Part shown: positions 36,580-46,637 of the stretch, piece after piece | Layout of the letters: the number at the start of each line of letters is the position of its first letter | Numbering within the stretch: position 1 is the first letter of the stretch | Origin: an uncultured Thomasclavelia sp. | GTDB taxonomy: Bacteria; Bacillota_I; Bacilli_A; Erysipelotrichales; Coprobacillaceae | Assembly (NCBI GenBank): GCA_910588165.1 | Contig: CAJUOR010000001.1 | Coordinates: 5,433 to 69,432, forward strand | DNA: 64,000 nucleotides | Direction: 5' to 3' | Notes under the pieces: generated by a model | The model's database searches: none | Seen by the model: only the letters and a program-made list of their open reading frames with translations | What the model was told of the DNA's origin: nothing | Position numbers and translations under genes: made by a program

Positions 36580-39061
36580 CTAATTCATTATAGGCAATCG
36601 GACATAAACACAATCCGGTAACGACACCCCAACACGTATAATTGAGCGGTGTCGTTTTTAACAGCCAACTTAACGGTGCAAAATGAACACACGCAACCTG
36701 TAGTAAAACCAACGCCAACACAACTCCTAGCAATAAGCGATAGGGTTTAAAATCCACTTTCATTAAAGAATGCTTCATACTAATAAAATTAAGTGTATGG
36801 GTTAATTGGGCAATAGACAAAACCATAAAAGCCATTGTGGAAGCATGACCGGAAGAAAGCTCCAAGCCATAGCGATAAGCCACTAAACTTAAAATACCAA
36901 TTAACGCTCCATTTGTTACCATGAAAACAAGTCCTCCATGGGCAAATAAACTTTCATTTGGATCACGAGGCGGATCTTGCATTAGATCATCGCCGCTTTT
37001 CATCATACCTAAGCATAATGCCGGAAAAGCATCTGTAACTAAGTTAATCCATAAAATCATTACCGGTGTTAAAACAACAGACATTTCGCTTAACAAAAGC
37101 ATACCCACAAACAAAGTCATAATCTCCCCTAAATTACATGACAGTAAGTACCATATAGTTTGGCGAATATTCACATAGATTTGACGCCCTTGCCTAATCG
37201 CATCGACAATCGTTTTAAAATGATCGTCCATCAAAATAACGTCCGCTGCCCCTTTAGCCACATCTGTTCCGGTTAATCCCATCGCTACCCCAACATGAGC
37301 CTTTTTAAGTGCCGGAGCATCGTTAACTCCATCACCGCTCATAGCCACAATATGATGTTGCTTTTTCAAAGCCTCGACTATGCGGACTTTATCATTAGGC
37401 TTCGCTCGTGCCACAACTCGAATATTCTCTACTTGACGACTTAAAGTCTTATCATCTATTTCAGCTAAATCCTTAGATGTAACCACTTGTTTACGATACT
37501 GTGTCAACTGCAATTCTTTAGCGATGGCAAAGGCTGTATCCGGATTATCACCGGTAATCATCGTCACTTTGATACCGGCTTTGCGACAAGCTTCTAAAGC
37601 AGGTTTAACCTCCGGACGACAAGGATCCATCATACCGACTAAGCCGACAAAAATCATTTCCGAAACTTTGGTACTTGCGCTTGTCAAGGGCTGATAGGCT
37701 AAGCTTAAAACACGCAAAGCCTTTTCGCTCATACCTCTTTGAGCTTCCATGATTTTAGCCTTGAGCTTTTCATCTAAAAGCGTTACAACCCCATCGACCA
37801 ATACCCGATCACATTGGGGCAAAATCACTTCTAAAGCGCCTTTCTCATAAGCGGTATAATGATCATCTTCTTTAACGATCACTTGCATTTTCTTTGATTT
37901 TGAATCAAAAGGAATTTCGCTTGAGCGAGGATATAACTCCCTTAGCACTTCAATATTTTCATATCTGATAAAATGTCTTGTCAAAGCTTTCTCTGTCGCA
38001 TCACCTACCAAGATGCCATCTGCTTCATAGGTATTGTTTGCCAATAACATTCCTTTAGCTAATCTGCCATTATCATTAAAAGAAAAAATATCGACAACAC
38101 GCATTTCATTTTGCGTTAATGTACCTGTCTTATCTGAGCAAATAATACTGACACACCCCAATGTTTCAATGGCGTGTAAATGTCTGACTACCGCTTTTTG
38201 CTTGGCCATCTTGCTTGTCCCTAAAGCTAAAACAATGCTTACCACAGCTACTAAGCCCTCCGGAATAGCAGCCACAGCCAACGAAATAGATAAAAGCAGC
38301 ATATCAAAGAAATCTCTTCCCTGAACGACACCGACAATAAACATACATAGACAAACCATTAAAGCAAGCAAACCCAATTTCTCACTTAACTTCTGTAAAT
38401 TTTTTTGCAAGGGTGTTTTTTGTTCATCTTTCTGTTTTAAAACAGCTGCAATTTTCCCAATCTCTGTCGCCATACCGACCGCAAACACAAGCCCCTTTGC
38501 CTTGCCGTATGTAACACTTGTTGACATATAGGCTTTATCGCCATCTTCCTTCATGATAGCTACACTTTCTCCGGTCAAAACGGATTCATCAATTTGAATC
38601 GAAACATTGTCAAAAAGATAGACATCAGCAGGAACATACATCCCTGTCTTTAAATCAATAATATCTCCTACAACTAAATCAGAAGCTTTAATCGTTTGCC
38701 AATGTCCGTCACGAAAACATTCACAAGTCGGCAAATTCATCTGTTTTAAGCTCTCCAAAGCTTTTTCCGCTTTTAACTTTTGCGCCATTCCGATACTGGC
38801 ATTAATCAAGACCACGACAATCATAATGAAAGCATCAATAAATTCGCCCATCAAACCTGAAATCAAGGTTGAAACTAACAAAATCAAAACTAACGGATCC
38901 TTCATTTCAGATATAAAGACTTGAATTAGACTTTCTTTTTGTTGCTTGTCTAACTCATTAGCCCCATAACGCTCTTTCATCAAGGGTATTTGACTGCTTT
39001 TTAAACCTGTTTGCCTATCTACATGATATTTTTCAAAAAATGCATCTATTTTGTTGTTCAT
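36560..39061 (-). CDS. P-type cation-transporting ATPase (type IIA, Ca2+-type)
   Basis: TGES, ICSDKTGTLT, MITGDN and SGDGVNDAPALKKA motifs. Start set at MNNKID after a GGAGGGG RBS. Confidence 0.85.
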   Translation of the reverse strand: MNNKIDAFFEKYHVDRQTGLKSSQIPLMKERYGANELDKQQKESLIQVFISEMKDPLVLILLVSTLISGLMGEFIDAFIMIVVVLINASIGMAQKLKAEKALESLKQMNLPTCECFRDGHWQTIKASDLVVGDIIDLKTGMYVPADVYLFDNVSIQIDESVLTGESVAIMKEDGDKAYMSTSVTYGKAKGLVFAVGMATEIGKIAAVLKQKDEQKTPLQKNLQKLSEKLGLLALMVCLCMFIVGVVQGRDFFDMLLLSISLAVAAIPEGLVAVVSIVLALGTSKMAKQKAVVRHLHAIETLGCVSIICSDKTGTLTQNEMRVVDIFSFNDNGRLAKGMLLANNTYEADGILVGDATEKALTRHFIRYENIEVLRELYPRSSEIPFDSKSKKMQVIVKEDDHYTAYEKGALEVILPQCDRVLVDGVVTLLDEKLKAKIMEAQRGMSEKALRVLSLAYQPLTSASTKVSEMIFVGLVGMMDPCRPEVKPALEACRKAGIKVTMITGDNPDTAFAIAKELQLTQYRKQVVTSKDLAEIDDKTLSRQVENIRVVARAKPNDKVRIVEALKKQHHIVAMSGDGVNDAPALKKAHVGVAMGLTGTDVAKGAADVILMDDHFKTIVDAIRQGRQIYVNIRQTIWYLLSCNLGEIMTLFVGMLLLSEMSVVLTPVMILWINLVTDAFPALCLGMMKSGDDLMQDPPRDPNESLFAHGGLVFMVTNGALIGILSLVAYRYGLELSSGHASTMAFMVLSIAQLTHTLNFISMKHSLMKVDFKPYRLLLGVVLALVLLQVACVHFAPLSWLLKTTPLNYTCWGVVTGLCLCPIAYNELVKWLTH

Positions 39062-39146
39062 CTTATCCCCTCCTAGCATACTGTATGTCCTAGAAATGAA
39101 TATAGAACCAAAAAAATCCCGATGTGCCTAACACATCAGGAATCTA

Positions 39147-39974
39147 TTATTGATATTTTTCCAAAAAGGCTTGTGAATCTGCGAAATACTCCTCTAAAAT
39201 ATCCAATTCGCCATCTTCTTCATTAGAATACCTGGCAACACGTCCAATGGCATCTTTCATCTCTTGAGTTCCGTTTGCCATCACAAAACCGTATTTAGCT
39301 AACTGTAACATTTCCAAATCATTTTTGGCATCGCCAAACGCCATCACTTCTTCTTTTTTTATATTCCAAATATTCATTAGGGTTTCTAAAGCGTGCCCTT
39401 TATGAACACCCGAAACAATTAAATCAATACAGCCATGCCCACTTGTCACAACGCTTAATTTCTCGTCGATAACCTCATTTAACTTAGCGGCAATCTCATC
39501 AACTTTTTCTTCGCTTGTCATTAAGGCAAATTTAATAATCTGATCATCAACATCATGCAAGTCCTTCACTCTTTGCATTACCGGAAAATAATTCAAGAAA
39601 ATATTAAAGACCTTTTCAGGCATTTCTTCCGTAACGTAAGCCGATTTCTTACCACAGATAATATTCACGTTGATTTCCGGATATTGATTTAAAACATCAA
39701 CAATTTGATGATAGGTTTCTTTGGCAATTTCAACCGAGAAAATCTCTTCACCTTCCTTGACAATATATCCCCCGTTTTCAGATACAAATGTCAATTTCTC
39801 AGGGTGATCGAAAAATGAGATCAACTGATAGTATTGGTTACCGCTTGCCACTACAAAGCGAATATCATTTTCTTCCATCTTTTGATACAAGGCATCAAAG
39901 CGAGCTTTATCATAGCTTAAATCCTTGTGATAAAAAGTCCCATCTAAATCTGTAACAATCATTTTAATACTCAT
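39147..39974 (-). CDS. Cof-type HAD-IIB phosphatase
   Basis: VTDLDGTF, SGN and FGDAKNDLEM motifs. Confidence 0.8.
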   Translation of the reverse strand: MSIKMIVTDLDGTFYHKDLSYDKARFDALYQKMEENDIRFVVASGNQYYQLISFFDHPEKLTFVSENGGYIVKEGEEIFSVEIAKETYHQIVDVLNQYPEINVNIICGKKSAYVTEEMPEKVFNIFLNYFPVMQRVKDLHDVDDQIIKFALMTSEEKVDEIAAKLNEVIDEKLSVVTSGHGCIDLIVSGVHKGHALETLMNIWNIKKEEVMAFGDAKNDLEMLQLAKYGFVMANGTQEMKDAIGRVARYSNEEDGELDILEEYFADSQAFLEKYQ

Positions 39975-40039
39975 AAAACTACCTCCTATTCCCATCATAA
40001 CAGAAGCCCTATTTTTACGCAAATAAAAAAATGCCCATA

Positions 40040-40474
40040 TTAAGCTAATACAGACATTTTTTCTAATTTCGCTTTTTCAAATTGCGGACAATCTTCTGTT
40101 TTACAGTCCACAAGCCTTCTTAACTCACGAGGAATAAAAGCTCTAATCTCCTCACTGTTATATCCTACTTGAAAACGGCGCTCATCTAACATAATCGGAC
40201 GCTTTAAAACAGAAGGGTTTTCCTGAATAAAACTAATCAGTTCATTTAAAGACATATCCTCAACATCAACATCACTTTCTTTAATGACTTTTGAACGTTT
40301 GGAAATAATATCGTCTGTTCCATTTTCCGAGCGTTCTAATAATTCAACTAATTCCTCTTTGCGAAGAATCGTAGAAAAAATATTTTTTTCCATATACGGT
40401 ATATCGTTATCTCTTAACCATGCCTTGGCTTTGCGACAAGAGGCGCAGCTGGGTGCTGTGTAGATTCTAATCAT
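40040..40474 (-). CDS. spx: Spx/ArsC-family redox-sensing transcriptional regulator
   Basis: MIRIYTAPSCASCRKAKAWL with CxxC; RPIMLDERRFQVGYN. Carries a C-terminal extension containing CKTEDC. Confidence 0.85.
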   Translation of the reverse strand: MIRIYTAPSCASCRKAKAWLRDNDIPYMEKNIFSTILRKEELVELLERSENGTDDIISKRSKVIKESDVDVEDMSLNELISFIQENPSVLKRPIMLDERRFQVGYNSEEIRAFIPRELRRLVDCKTEDCPQFEKAKLEKMSVLA

Positions 40475-40663
40475 ATCGACCGGCTCCTCTCTTTTATCTG
40501 ATATATACATCTTATCCTCTTTTCTTTAACTGAATATGAATTTTTCAATATTTTAAGGATTGCCGCTTTTTTTATCTCTAATCAATATTTCTATGGTTAA
40601 TCAAGAAATGATTGTTTTTAGTGTTAGAAAAGTTTATAATGAAAGCTACAAGGAGTGATTTTT

Positions 40664-41653
40664 ATGGAAAGAATGTTAAGTGGTATCAAACCTACCGGGC
40701 GAATCACTTTAGGTAATTATATCGGTGCAATCAAACCATTTGTAGGCTATCAAGATGAACATGAAATGTTTATCTTTATTGCCAATTTGCATTCCATGAC
40801 CGTTTATCAAGAACCTAAAGAACTTCGCCAAAATACTAAAGACCTTATTGCATTGTATATAGCTGCCGGACTTGATCCTGAAAAAGTAACTTTATTTCTT
40901 CAATCCGATGTGATGGAGCATTCTCAACTAGGCTGGTATTTAACTTGTTTATCAGGTATGGGCGAACTTTCAAGAATGACCCAATATAAAGATAAAGTTG
41001 CTAAAAATGAAACTATCGGTACGGGTATCTTTGTTTACCCAACCTTAATGGCTGCGGATATTTTAATCTATAATCCTAAATATGTCCCTGTGGGCGACGA
41101 TCAAAAACAACACGTTGAATTGGCAAGAGATTTAGCTGAGCGTTTCAATAAACGCTATAGCGAAACCTTTACAATTCCCGAACCGGTCGTTAGAAAAGTA
41201 GGCAGTCGTATCATGGATTTACAAAATCCGGAAAAGAAAATGTCTAAGTCAGATAAGAGCGATAAAGGCTGTATCTATATTTTAGATGATATCAATATTT
41301 CTAAAAAGAAAATTATGTCTGCGGTAACAGACAGCGAAGGAAGTATTCGCTTTGACCCTAAAAATAAACCGGGTATTTCAAACCTATTAGAAATTTACAG
41401 TACGCTATCAGGTAAAAGCATCGCCGAATTGGAAGCTCAATACCAAGGTGTAGGCTATGGTACATTTAAAAAGGAATTAGCTGACCTTGTGGGTGATGAA
41501 TTAGCTAAAATTCAAGCTCGCTATAATGAAATTATCCAAGGTGATTACATTGATCAGATTTTACATGAGGGTGCTAAAAAAGCTAAAGCAATCGCAGCTA
41601 AGACATTAGCGAAAGTTGAAAGAAAAATGGGTATCACAATCTATAAACGTTAA
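40664..41653 (+). CDS. trpS: Tryptophan--tRNA ligase
   Basis: SGIKPTG...LGNYIG (HIGH-like) and KMSKS motifs. Confidence 0.92.
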   Translation: MERMLSGIKPTGRITLGNYIGAIKPFVGYQDEHEMFIFIANLHSMTVYQEPKELRQNTKDLIALYIAAGLDPEKVTLFLQSDVMEHSQLGWYLTCLSGMGELSRMTQYKDKVAKNETIGTGIFVYPTLMAADILIYNPKYVPVGDDQKQHVELARDLAERFNKRYSETFTIPEPVVRKVGSRIMDLQNPEKKMSKSDKSDKGCIYILDDINISKKKIMSAVTDSEGSIRFDPKNKPGISNLLEIYSTLSGKSIAELEAQYQGVGYGTFKKELADLVGDELAKIQARYNEIIQGDYIDQILHEGAKKAKAIAAKTLAKVERKMGITIYKR

Positions 41654-41705
41654 AAAAACAAAAAGCGATATTCTCAGTCTAAACACTGAAAATATCGTTT
41701 TTTAA

Positions 41706-42281
41706 TTAAGATAATCTTTTTTGGGTAACAAACTGTTCATATAAATATTGATGCAACATATCATACCCATATTCCATACGCTTTAAAAGCCTAGCTCGAC
41801 TTACTGTTTCATCTAACGGTAAAGCTAATTGATAAACACTTCTTAACTCGCTTTGATCCAATAGCTCAATGTGTTCAAAAAGCCACTGTTTCTTCTCTCT
41901 TTCTGTTCGACTTAAGCCGTATTCTTTAGCCTCTGCCCGAGCGACTAAATCATACTCAAGCTCTGTCAAAGGCAAGCACTTCGCCAGTTTTGCCATCGCA
42001 CTGCGATATTCAAAAGGTAAAGCACTACGATAGACTAATTGCCCTTGTTCATCAATTTGTAAAGCAATAGTCATATTGCCGTCACTACACAGATAGTCCC
42101 CGGCTTCCAAGTTTTTAAAACGCATAATCCCATAATATAAATCACTCATCACATCATAACTCACACGAAGCAATTGTGCTGATTTTAAAACTTCTAAATC
42201 ATCTTCTGCTTCCCATTCATAAGGTTCTAAAACTTCCTCATCATCTAACGACCAGTTAACTAATATATGTTCAATTTTCAT
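41706..42281 (-). CDS. UPF0736/YjbA-like protein
   Basis: [12 protein letters not shown]...[20 protein letters not shown] parallels B. subtilis YjbA HDVWVNWFEGEE...[34 protein letters not shown] parallels GLTRKERQLKQLLF. Next to trpS, as I recall for Bacillus. Confidence 0.6.
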   Translation of the reverse strand: [191 protein letters not shown]

Positions 42282-42466
42282 AATAGCCTCCCATTCTCTT
42301 GTCTTTCCAGAATGACTAATAAACAACCGATAACCAAAGCAACAATTTCTTTAGATTGCCACATTTCAAGCCATGCGACTTGCTTGGTTGCTTTTGTTAT
42401 ACCTATCGTGAGTATTCCCTGTAAGATTAAGATTAAACTCATTAAACGAAGGATTGTTCTTTTCAT
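42278..42466 (-). CDS. 62-aa two-TM membrane peptide, translationally coupled to the YjbA-like gene
   Basis: Two hydrophobic segments. Its TGA stop overlaps the ATG of the downstream gene (ATGA). Confidence 0.45.
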   Translation of the reverse strand: MKRTILRLMSLILILQGILTIGITKATKQVAWLEMWQSKEIVALVIGCLLVILERQENGRLL

Positions 42467-42594
42467 ATTTTATTCCCCCTAATTTAATCTATGACAAATC
42501 CCTATTTTTGAACCTGTTTTATTGTAAAACAGCATTAACCCATAGATCGTGTTTAGCTTTCTAATAATATAAAGGATAACCAAAAAAACCGCTA

Positions 42595-43140
42595 TTAAGC
42601 GGTTTTAAATGTTTTTTCAATAGCATTTAACAGGGCATAGGCATATTCTCTTTCCCCAACTATTAAGGTCTTATAATCAGGACCATCGACATACCCATAA
42701 TAAACTAAAACATTGCTTTTGGCTAATGAATTTTCTATCAATGGCTCATATGCTTGAACATTTTCGGCAGGCTTTTCCATCTTGCAACAACTTCTTACCA
42801 TATAACCGAAATCTTCAAAAGCGCACTTCAAGTTATTCGCAAAGATCTTGTCATTATGTTTGGCATAACGAATCTCAATCCCCTTTTTTCTTCCGGCGTT
42901 TAGATGATTTGAGATCAATAAATCTACGCCTTTAGTTTGAGCCAATCTTTCAAAGTAACTGACATCTACATCTGAATAACGTGTTAACACAACATCATAA
43001 TGATGCCTCTTTAATAAATCTTGTTGCAGCCTCGACAAAGAAAGCACATAATCTTTTTCGACAATATGGGCATATTTATCAAACGATTGATGTCCTAACT
43101 GTGTCCCGCCACCAGTTGGATCAATGACAATTTTGATCAT
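42595..43140 (-). CDS. N-acetylmuramoyl-L-alanine amidase-like (Amidase_3/CwlD-type) protein
   Basis: IVIDPTGGG start and SNHLNAGRKKGIEIRY motif. Start set at MIKIV. Ligand set looks partly divergent. Confidence 0.55.
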   Translation of the reverse strand: MIKIVIDPTGGGTQLGHQSFDKYAHIVEKDYVLSLSRLQQDLLKRHHYDVVLTRYSDVDVSYFERLAQTKGVDLLISNHLNAGRKKGIEIRYAKHNDKIFANNLKCAFEDFGYMVRSCCKMEKPAENVQAYEPLIENSLAKSNVLVYYGYVDGPDYKTLIVGEREYAYALLNAIEKTFKTA

Positions 43141-43567
43141 AGTCTTGTCGTCCTTTCTCGAATATAGCATAGCGCAAGGCAATCCCGTCCGAAATATGCT
43201 TTTGCCAGCTTCTCTTGCTTAATTGCTCATAGCCATAACGATTAAACGCAGTCATCGGTTCACGCAGACAATAATCTAAGCTCATCCAAACACACTGTTT
43301 ATTTCTTATCGATGAAGTTGGAATAAAAATTTGATTACAGCTTCCGCCGATATAAATCGGACGTTTATATGCACCTTTAAGCAAATATCCGCTCGATGCA
43401 TAACTGCCGTCTAATGTCGTCCCATTTCTCAAACATAAATCTTCCATATACTGATTTGATGAAGCATAATGATTAGCGATATGTAACTGTCCATCTTGAT
43501 ACAGATGTACCTCCCCCGCCCGTTTTCCCGGTGCTACAAAGTCTATCTTCGGTACCATAAAACACAA
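43121..43567 (-). CDS. comK: ComK family competence transcription factor
   Basis: LCLRNGTTLDGSYASSGYLLKGAYKRPIYIGGSCNQIFIPTSSIRNKQCVWMS aligns with B. subtilis ComK SCRFFGSSYAGRKAGTYEVTKISHKPPIMVDPSNQIFLFPTLSSTRPQCGWIS. Confidence 0.75.
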   Translation of the reverse strand: MCFMVPKIDFVAPGKRAGEVHLYQDGQLHIANHYASSNQYMEDLCLRNGTTLDGSYASSGYLLKGAYKRPIYIGGSCNQIFIPTSSIRNKQCVWMSLDYCLREPMTAFNRYGYEQLSKRSWQKHISDGIALRYAIFEKGRQDYDQNCH

Positions 43568-43595
43568 AAAAGAGCTTGCGCTCTTTTAATCATAC

Positions 43596-43976
43596 TTATC
43601 CGACATGAACGATAACTTCAACCTCAATTAGAGCGCCTTTTGGCAGTTTAGCAACTTCAACAGCGCTTCGTGCTGGGTAAGGTTCGACAAAATATTCCGC
43701 ATAAATGCTATTCATCGTTGCAAAATCGTCCATTGAATCAAGGAAAACAGTTGTTTTAACGACATTGGCAAAAGTTAATCCTTGACTTTCTAATAAGCCT
43801 TTCACATTATCTAAAGATTGTCTAGTCTGGGCTTCAATTCCTTCAGGCATTTCACCTGTAGTTGGATTGATAGGGATTTGTCCCGAAAAGAAAATTAAAT
43901 CGCCTATTTTCATTCCCTGACTATATGGTCCAATAGCTCCAGGTGCTTTATCTGTAACAATACGTTCTTTCATCAT
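43596..43976 (-). CDS. ridA: RidA family reactive-intermediate deaminase
   Basis: APGAIGPYSQG, PARSAVEVAKLPKGALIEVE. Confidence 0.9.
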   Translation of the reverse strand: MMKERIVTDKAPGAIGPYSQGMKIGDLIFFSGQIPINPTTGEMPEGIEAQTRQSLDNVKGLLESQGLTFANVVKTTVFLDSMDDFATMNSIYAEYFVEPYPARSAVEVAKLPKGALIEVEVIVHVG

Positions 43977-44071
43977 ACATCGCCTCCACATATCTATTAT
44001 AACAGTTTTTTCGTCTTAACTAAAGATATTTTGTTATTTTTTTGGTAATACTAAAGAAAAGGAGGTGCTTT

Positions 44072-44260
44072 ATGAATAAAAAAAATCAATCCCCTCTCAA
44101 GAAGGATATAGCTCATCATTATGTTGAAGCTAAAAATCAACGTTTTCAAGATTCAATGGAGGTTGCCAATGAATTTTTCGCAGACGACTATGTAAGACCC
44201 TTAGAAGCCGAGGATATATTAGTTGATCAGCTTACCGAAAAAATAATAGACGAAAGTTAA
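44072..44260 (+). CDS. Small acidic hypothetical protein (62 aa)
   Basis: ATG 44072 preceded by an AAGGAGGTG RBS. No recognisable family. Confidence 0.4.
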   Translation: MNKKNQSPLKKDIAHHYVEAKNQRFQDSMEVANEFFADDYVRPLEAEDILVDQLTEKIIDES

Positions 44261-44325
44261 AATAAAATCTGTAACCACAACAAATATTCTAACATATTGA
44301 TTGAGGTTACAGCCTTTTTATTATC

Positions 44326-44898
44326 TTAAAATAAGCTCAAATATTCATTTTTAACGACTTTGACTAAAAAAACAAGATTGGCAACTAAAGCTAAAACATG
44401 GATAAAAACTAACATAATACTTGCAAGCTGGATTCCATTTAAAATAGCTGCTGCATTGTTTGTCGCTAAAACTTGAAGTAAATATGCCACAATGCCCCCA
44501 AGTAAAAGTAGACGGCCGCCAAAATAAGCACCTAAAATACACAACATGATTTTAGAGATGTGACTATGATGAGAAAGTATAAAAAAACATAGTCCCGCCA
44601 TTAACAGCCAATCCCAAAAAGAAAAAGATTTGGCGATTAGACTAAGGTAAGTTAGCACAGTCGAAAAAGAAAATGATAGATAAGCTGCACCTGAACTTAA
44701 ACAAGAATTAAAAAAATAAGCCAAGAACCCTCGTTGACTTTGTGTTTGAAGTTGAAGCAACTGGTTAAAAGAAGGGGCTTTTAAAACCTCGAACCCAAAC
44801 ATCAAATCCAGCAACAATACAATACTTAAACTAAACAAAAGAACTATCGCAACGCCATATACTCTTTTTTTAGGCGTATCTACTAATATATCAAACAT
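44326..44898 (-). CDS. Hypothetical polytopic membrane protein
   Basis: 190 aa with 5-6 hydrophobic segments. No recognisable motif. Confidence 0.45.
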   Translation of the reverse strand: MFDILVDTPKKRVYGVAIVLLFSLSIVLLLDLMFGFEVLKAPSFNQLLQLQTQSQRGFLAYFFNSCLSSGAAYLSFSFSTVLTYLSLIAKSFSFWDWLLMAGLCFFILSHHSHISKIMLCILGAYFGGRLLLLGGIVAYLLQVLATNNAAAILNGIQLASIMLVFIHVLALVANLVFLVKVVKNEYLSLF

Positions 44899-45040
44899 TA
44901 TGCTCTCCCCTTATATTAATCAATGGACCCATTGTACCATAAACTAAACCTATCTTCAATGATTGACATGATTTCACATCAGTTGCTTGTTGAAAAGAAG
45001 AAGTAATTTTGATATGATATAAAACAAGGAGGCAACGACT

Positions 45041-45484
45041 ATGGATAAAATTAAAAAAATTTGGAAAGAATTAAGTGTTTTCGGTGTTGTTCTTGTCTGC
45101 ATCTTAGGTTTATATATTTATCGCTTAATCGTAACAGTTGATATTCCTACGGTTTCCGGTGATAAAGTGGTGAGTATGATTGAAAATGATAAATCATTTG
45201 TCCTATATACAGGTAAAGAAAGTGTGGCTAATACATCTGTTTATGCTACGACCATTGAAACTTACTTAAAGAAAAATCGCTCAGATAAAATCTATTACTT
45301 AGATACTGAAAAACTCGATGAAGCTGAGGCTTTTGTGAAGAAATATTTTGGTGAGGAAGGTGTCGATTCAACTAACCCTCATACTTATGTCTTTATTAAC
45401 GGCGACTTAACTACTAAATATACGAGTGCCTTAGGTTACTATGACCTAGACAAGTTAATGAACTCATTTAACGAAACAAAGTAA
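45041..45484 (+). CDS. Membrane-anchored hypothetical protein (possibly a thioredoxin-like fold without CxxC)
   Basis: N-terminal TM plus a domain of about 110 aa. RBS AAGGAGG. Followed by a hairpin terminator. Confidence 0.4.
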   Translation: MDKIKKIWKELSVFGVVLVCILGLYIYRLIVTVDIPTVSGDKVVSMIENDKSFVLYTGKESVANTSVYATTIETYLKKNRSDKIYYLDTEKLDEAEAFVKKYFGEEGVDSTNPHTYVFINGDLTTKYTSALGYYDLDKLMNSFNETK

Positions 45485-45507
45485 ACATGACTAATGAAAA
45501 AAACTTT

Positions 45508-46116
45508 CTATAAAGAAAGTTTTTTTGTTTTATAACGATATAAGCCATAAAGAATCAATGCACATAAGACAACGATTAACACAATCGCAAAGAATCCATG
45601 CATAAAGAACTGCTCAGGCAATATGCTAATGACAGGATCGGTCCTGACATCAAATATCCAATAGTCATTGCGGAAAAAAAGACGATGAAAAGTAACAAAA
45701 GCCGCACTGAAATTAAGCGAAGCCGTAATACCGATAGCTAAAGGAACTAAAATCATCAACATAGCTGTTTTTTTCAAAAAAGTAAAATCCTGCTGCTTAA
45801 TCTCAAAATAAGCCCCGATTCCTCCGCAAATGCCTGTTATTAACCAAAGAATCTGCAAAGCATCGACAATATTTTTAACCTCCGCAAAATGAACCACTCC
45901 ATTTGTGGACATTACAAAACTTTCCAAAGTTAAAGGTTCACGATTAAAAATCCACAAATAATTAGCCAAACTTGAAAAGTTACGCGCAATTTCTTCCTTG
46001 CTTAAGCCACTGTATATATCTAAGCGATAGTGGTTAACATCTAAACGATGAATGAGCGGTGAAATTAAAATGGTTAACATAATCCCTGAAAGGATAAAAA
46101 ACACCATCAAAGCCAT
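45508..46116 (-). CDS. TIGR01906/DUF1461-like integral membrane protein (possible lipoprotein intramolecular transacylase Lit family)
   Basis: Topology and the VVHFAEVKNI (H..DVK-like) motif resemble DUF1461. Moderate call from memory of the family. Confidence 0.45.
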   Translation of the reverse strand: MALMVFFILSGIMLTILISPLIHRLDVNHYRLDIYSGLSKEEIARNFSSLANYLWIFNREPLTLESFVMSTNGVVHFAEVKNIVDALQILWLITGICGGIGAYFEIKQQDFTFLKKTAMLMILVPLAIGITASLNFSAAFVTFHRLFFRNDYWIFDVRTDPVISILPEQFFMHGFFAIVLIVVLCALILYGLYRYKTKKLSL

Positions 46117-46118
46117 CT

Positions 46119-46637
46119 TTAAATTTCTTCATCATAAAGGAAATCCTCTCCTTTTTGCACTTCTACTTTAGAAAGTGTCGGGAAATCCTGCTGTCTTAAA
46201 GCTTCATATAAAATCATCATAGCGCAGTTAGACAAATTCAAACTACGAACATTATCGCTCATGGGAATACGCATACATCTATCTAAATGGGCTTTAAGAA
46301 TATCATGAGGAATCCCATCGTGCTCATGCCCTAACACAAAATAGTGGGCTTTTGAACTGTCGCTAAAATCAAAATCACTGTAACAGCGTTTTGAATAACG
46401 GGTTAAAAAATAATATTCGCCCGGATTTTTAGCACAAAATTCTTCCCAATTTTCATAAACATACATATTCAGGTATTTGACATAATCCAAACCCGAACGT
46501 TTCATATACTTATCATCTAATGAAAAACCCAAAGGCTTTATGAGATGAAGTGTCGCCTTACCGGCAACACAACTACGCATGATATTACCTGTATTTTGAG
46601 GAATAGCCGGATGAACTAAAACGATATGATTACTCAC
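46119..46637 (-). CDS. trmL: tRNA (cytidine/uridine-2'-O)-methyltransferase TrmL (SpoU family)
   Basis: IVLVHPAIPQNTGNIMRSC and SLNLSNCAMMILYEALRQ SPOUT motifs. Confidence 0.85.
   Translation of the reverse strand: MSNHIVLVHPAIPQNTGNIMRSCVAGKATLHLIKPLGFSLDDKYMKRSGLDYVKYLNMYVYENWEEFCAKNPGEYYFLTRYSKRCYSDFDFSDSSKAHYFVLGHEHDGIPHDILKAHLDRCMRIPMSDNVRSLNLSNCAMMILYEALRQQDFPTLSKVEVQKGEDFLYDEEI

Noticed and set aside
36560-39061. The two P-type ATPases as an assembly duplication
   Set aside because: They share family motifs but differ throughout in sequence and length (about 833 versus 856 aa), so they are genuine diverged paralogs.
40511-40663. Possible T-box leader upstream of trpS
   Set aside because: Only about 150 nt is available. 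There is no T-box consensus (AGGGTGGTACCGCG-like), no specifier-loop or antiterminator architecture, and no terminator before the RBS.
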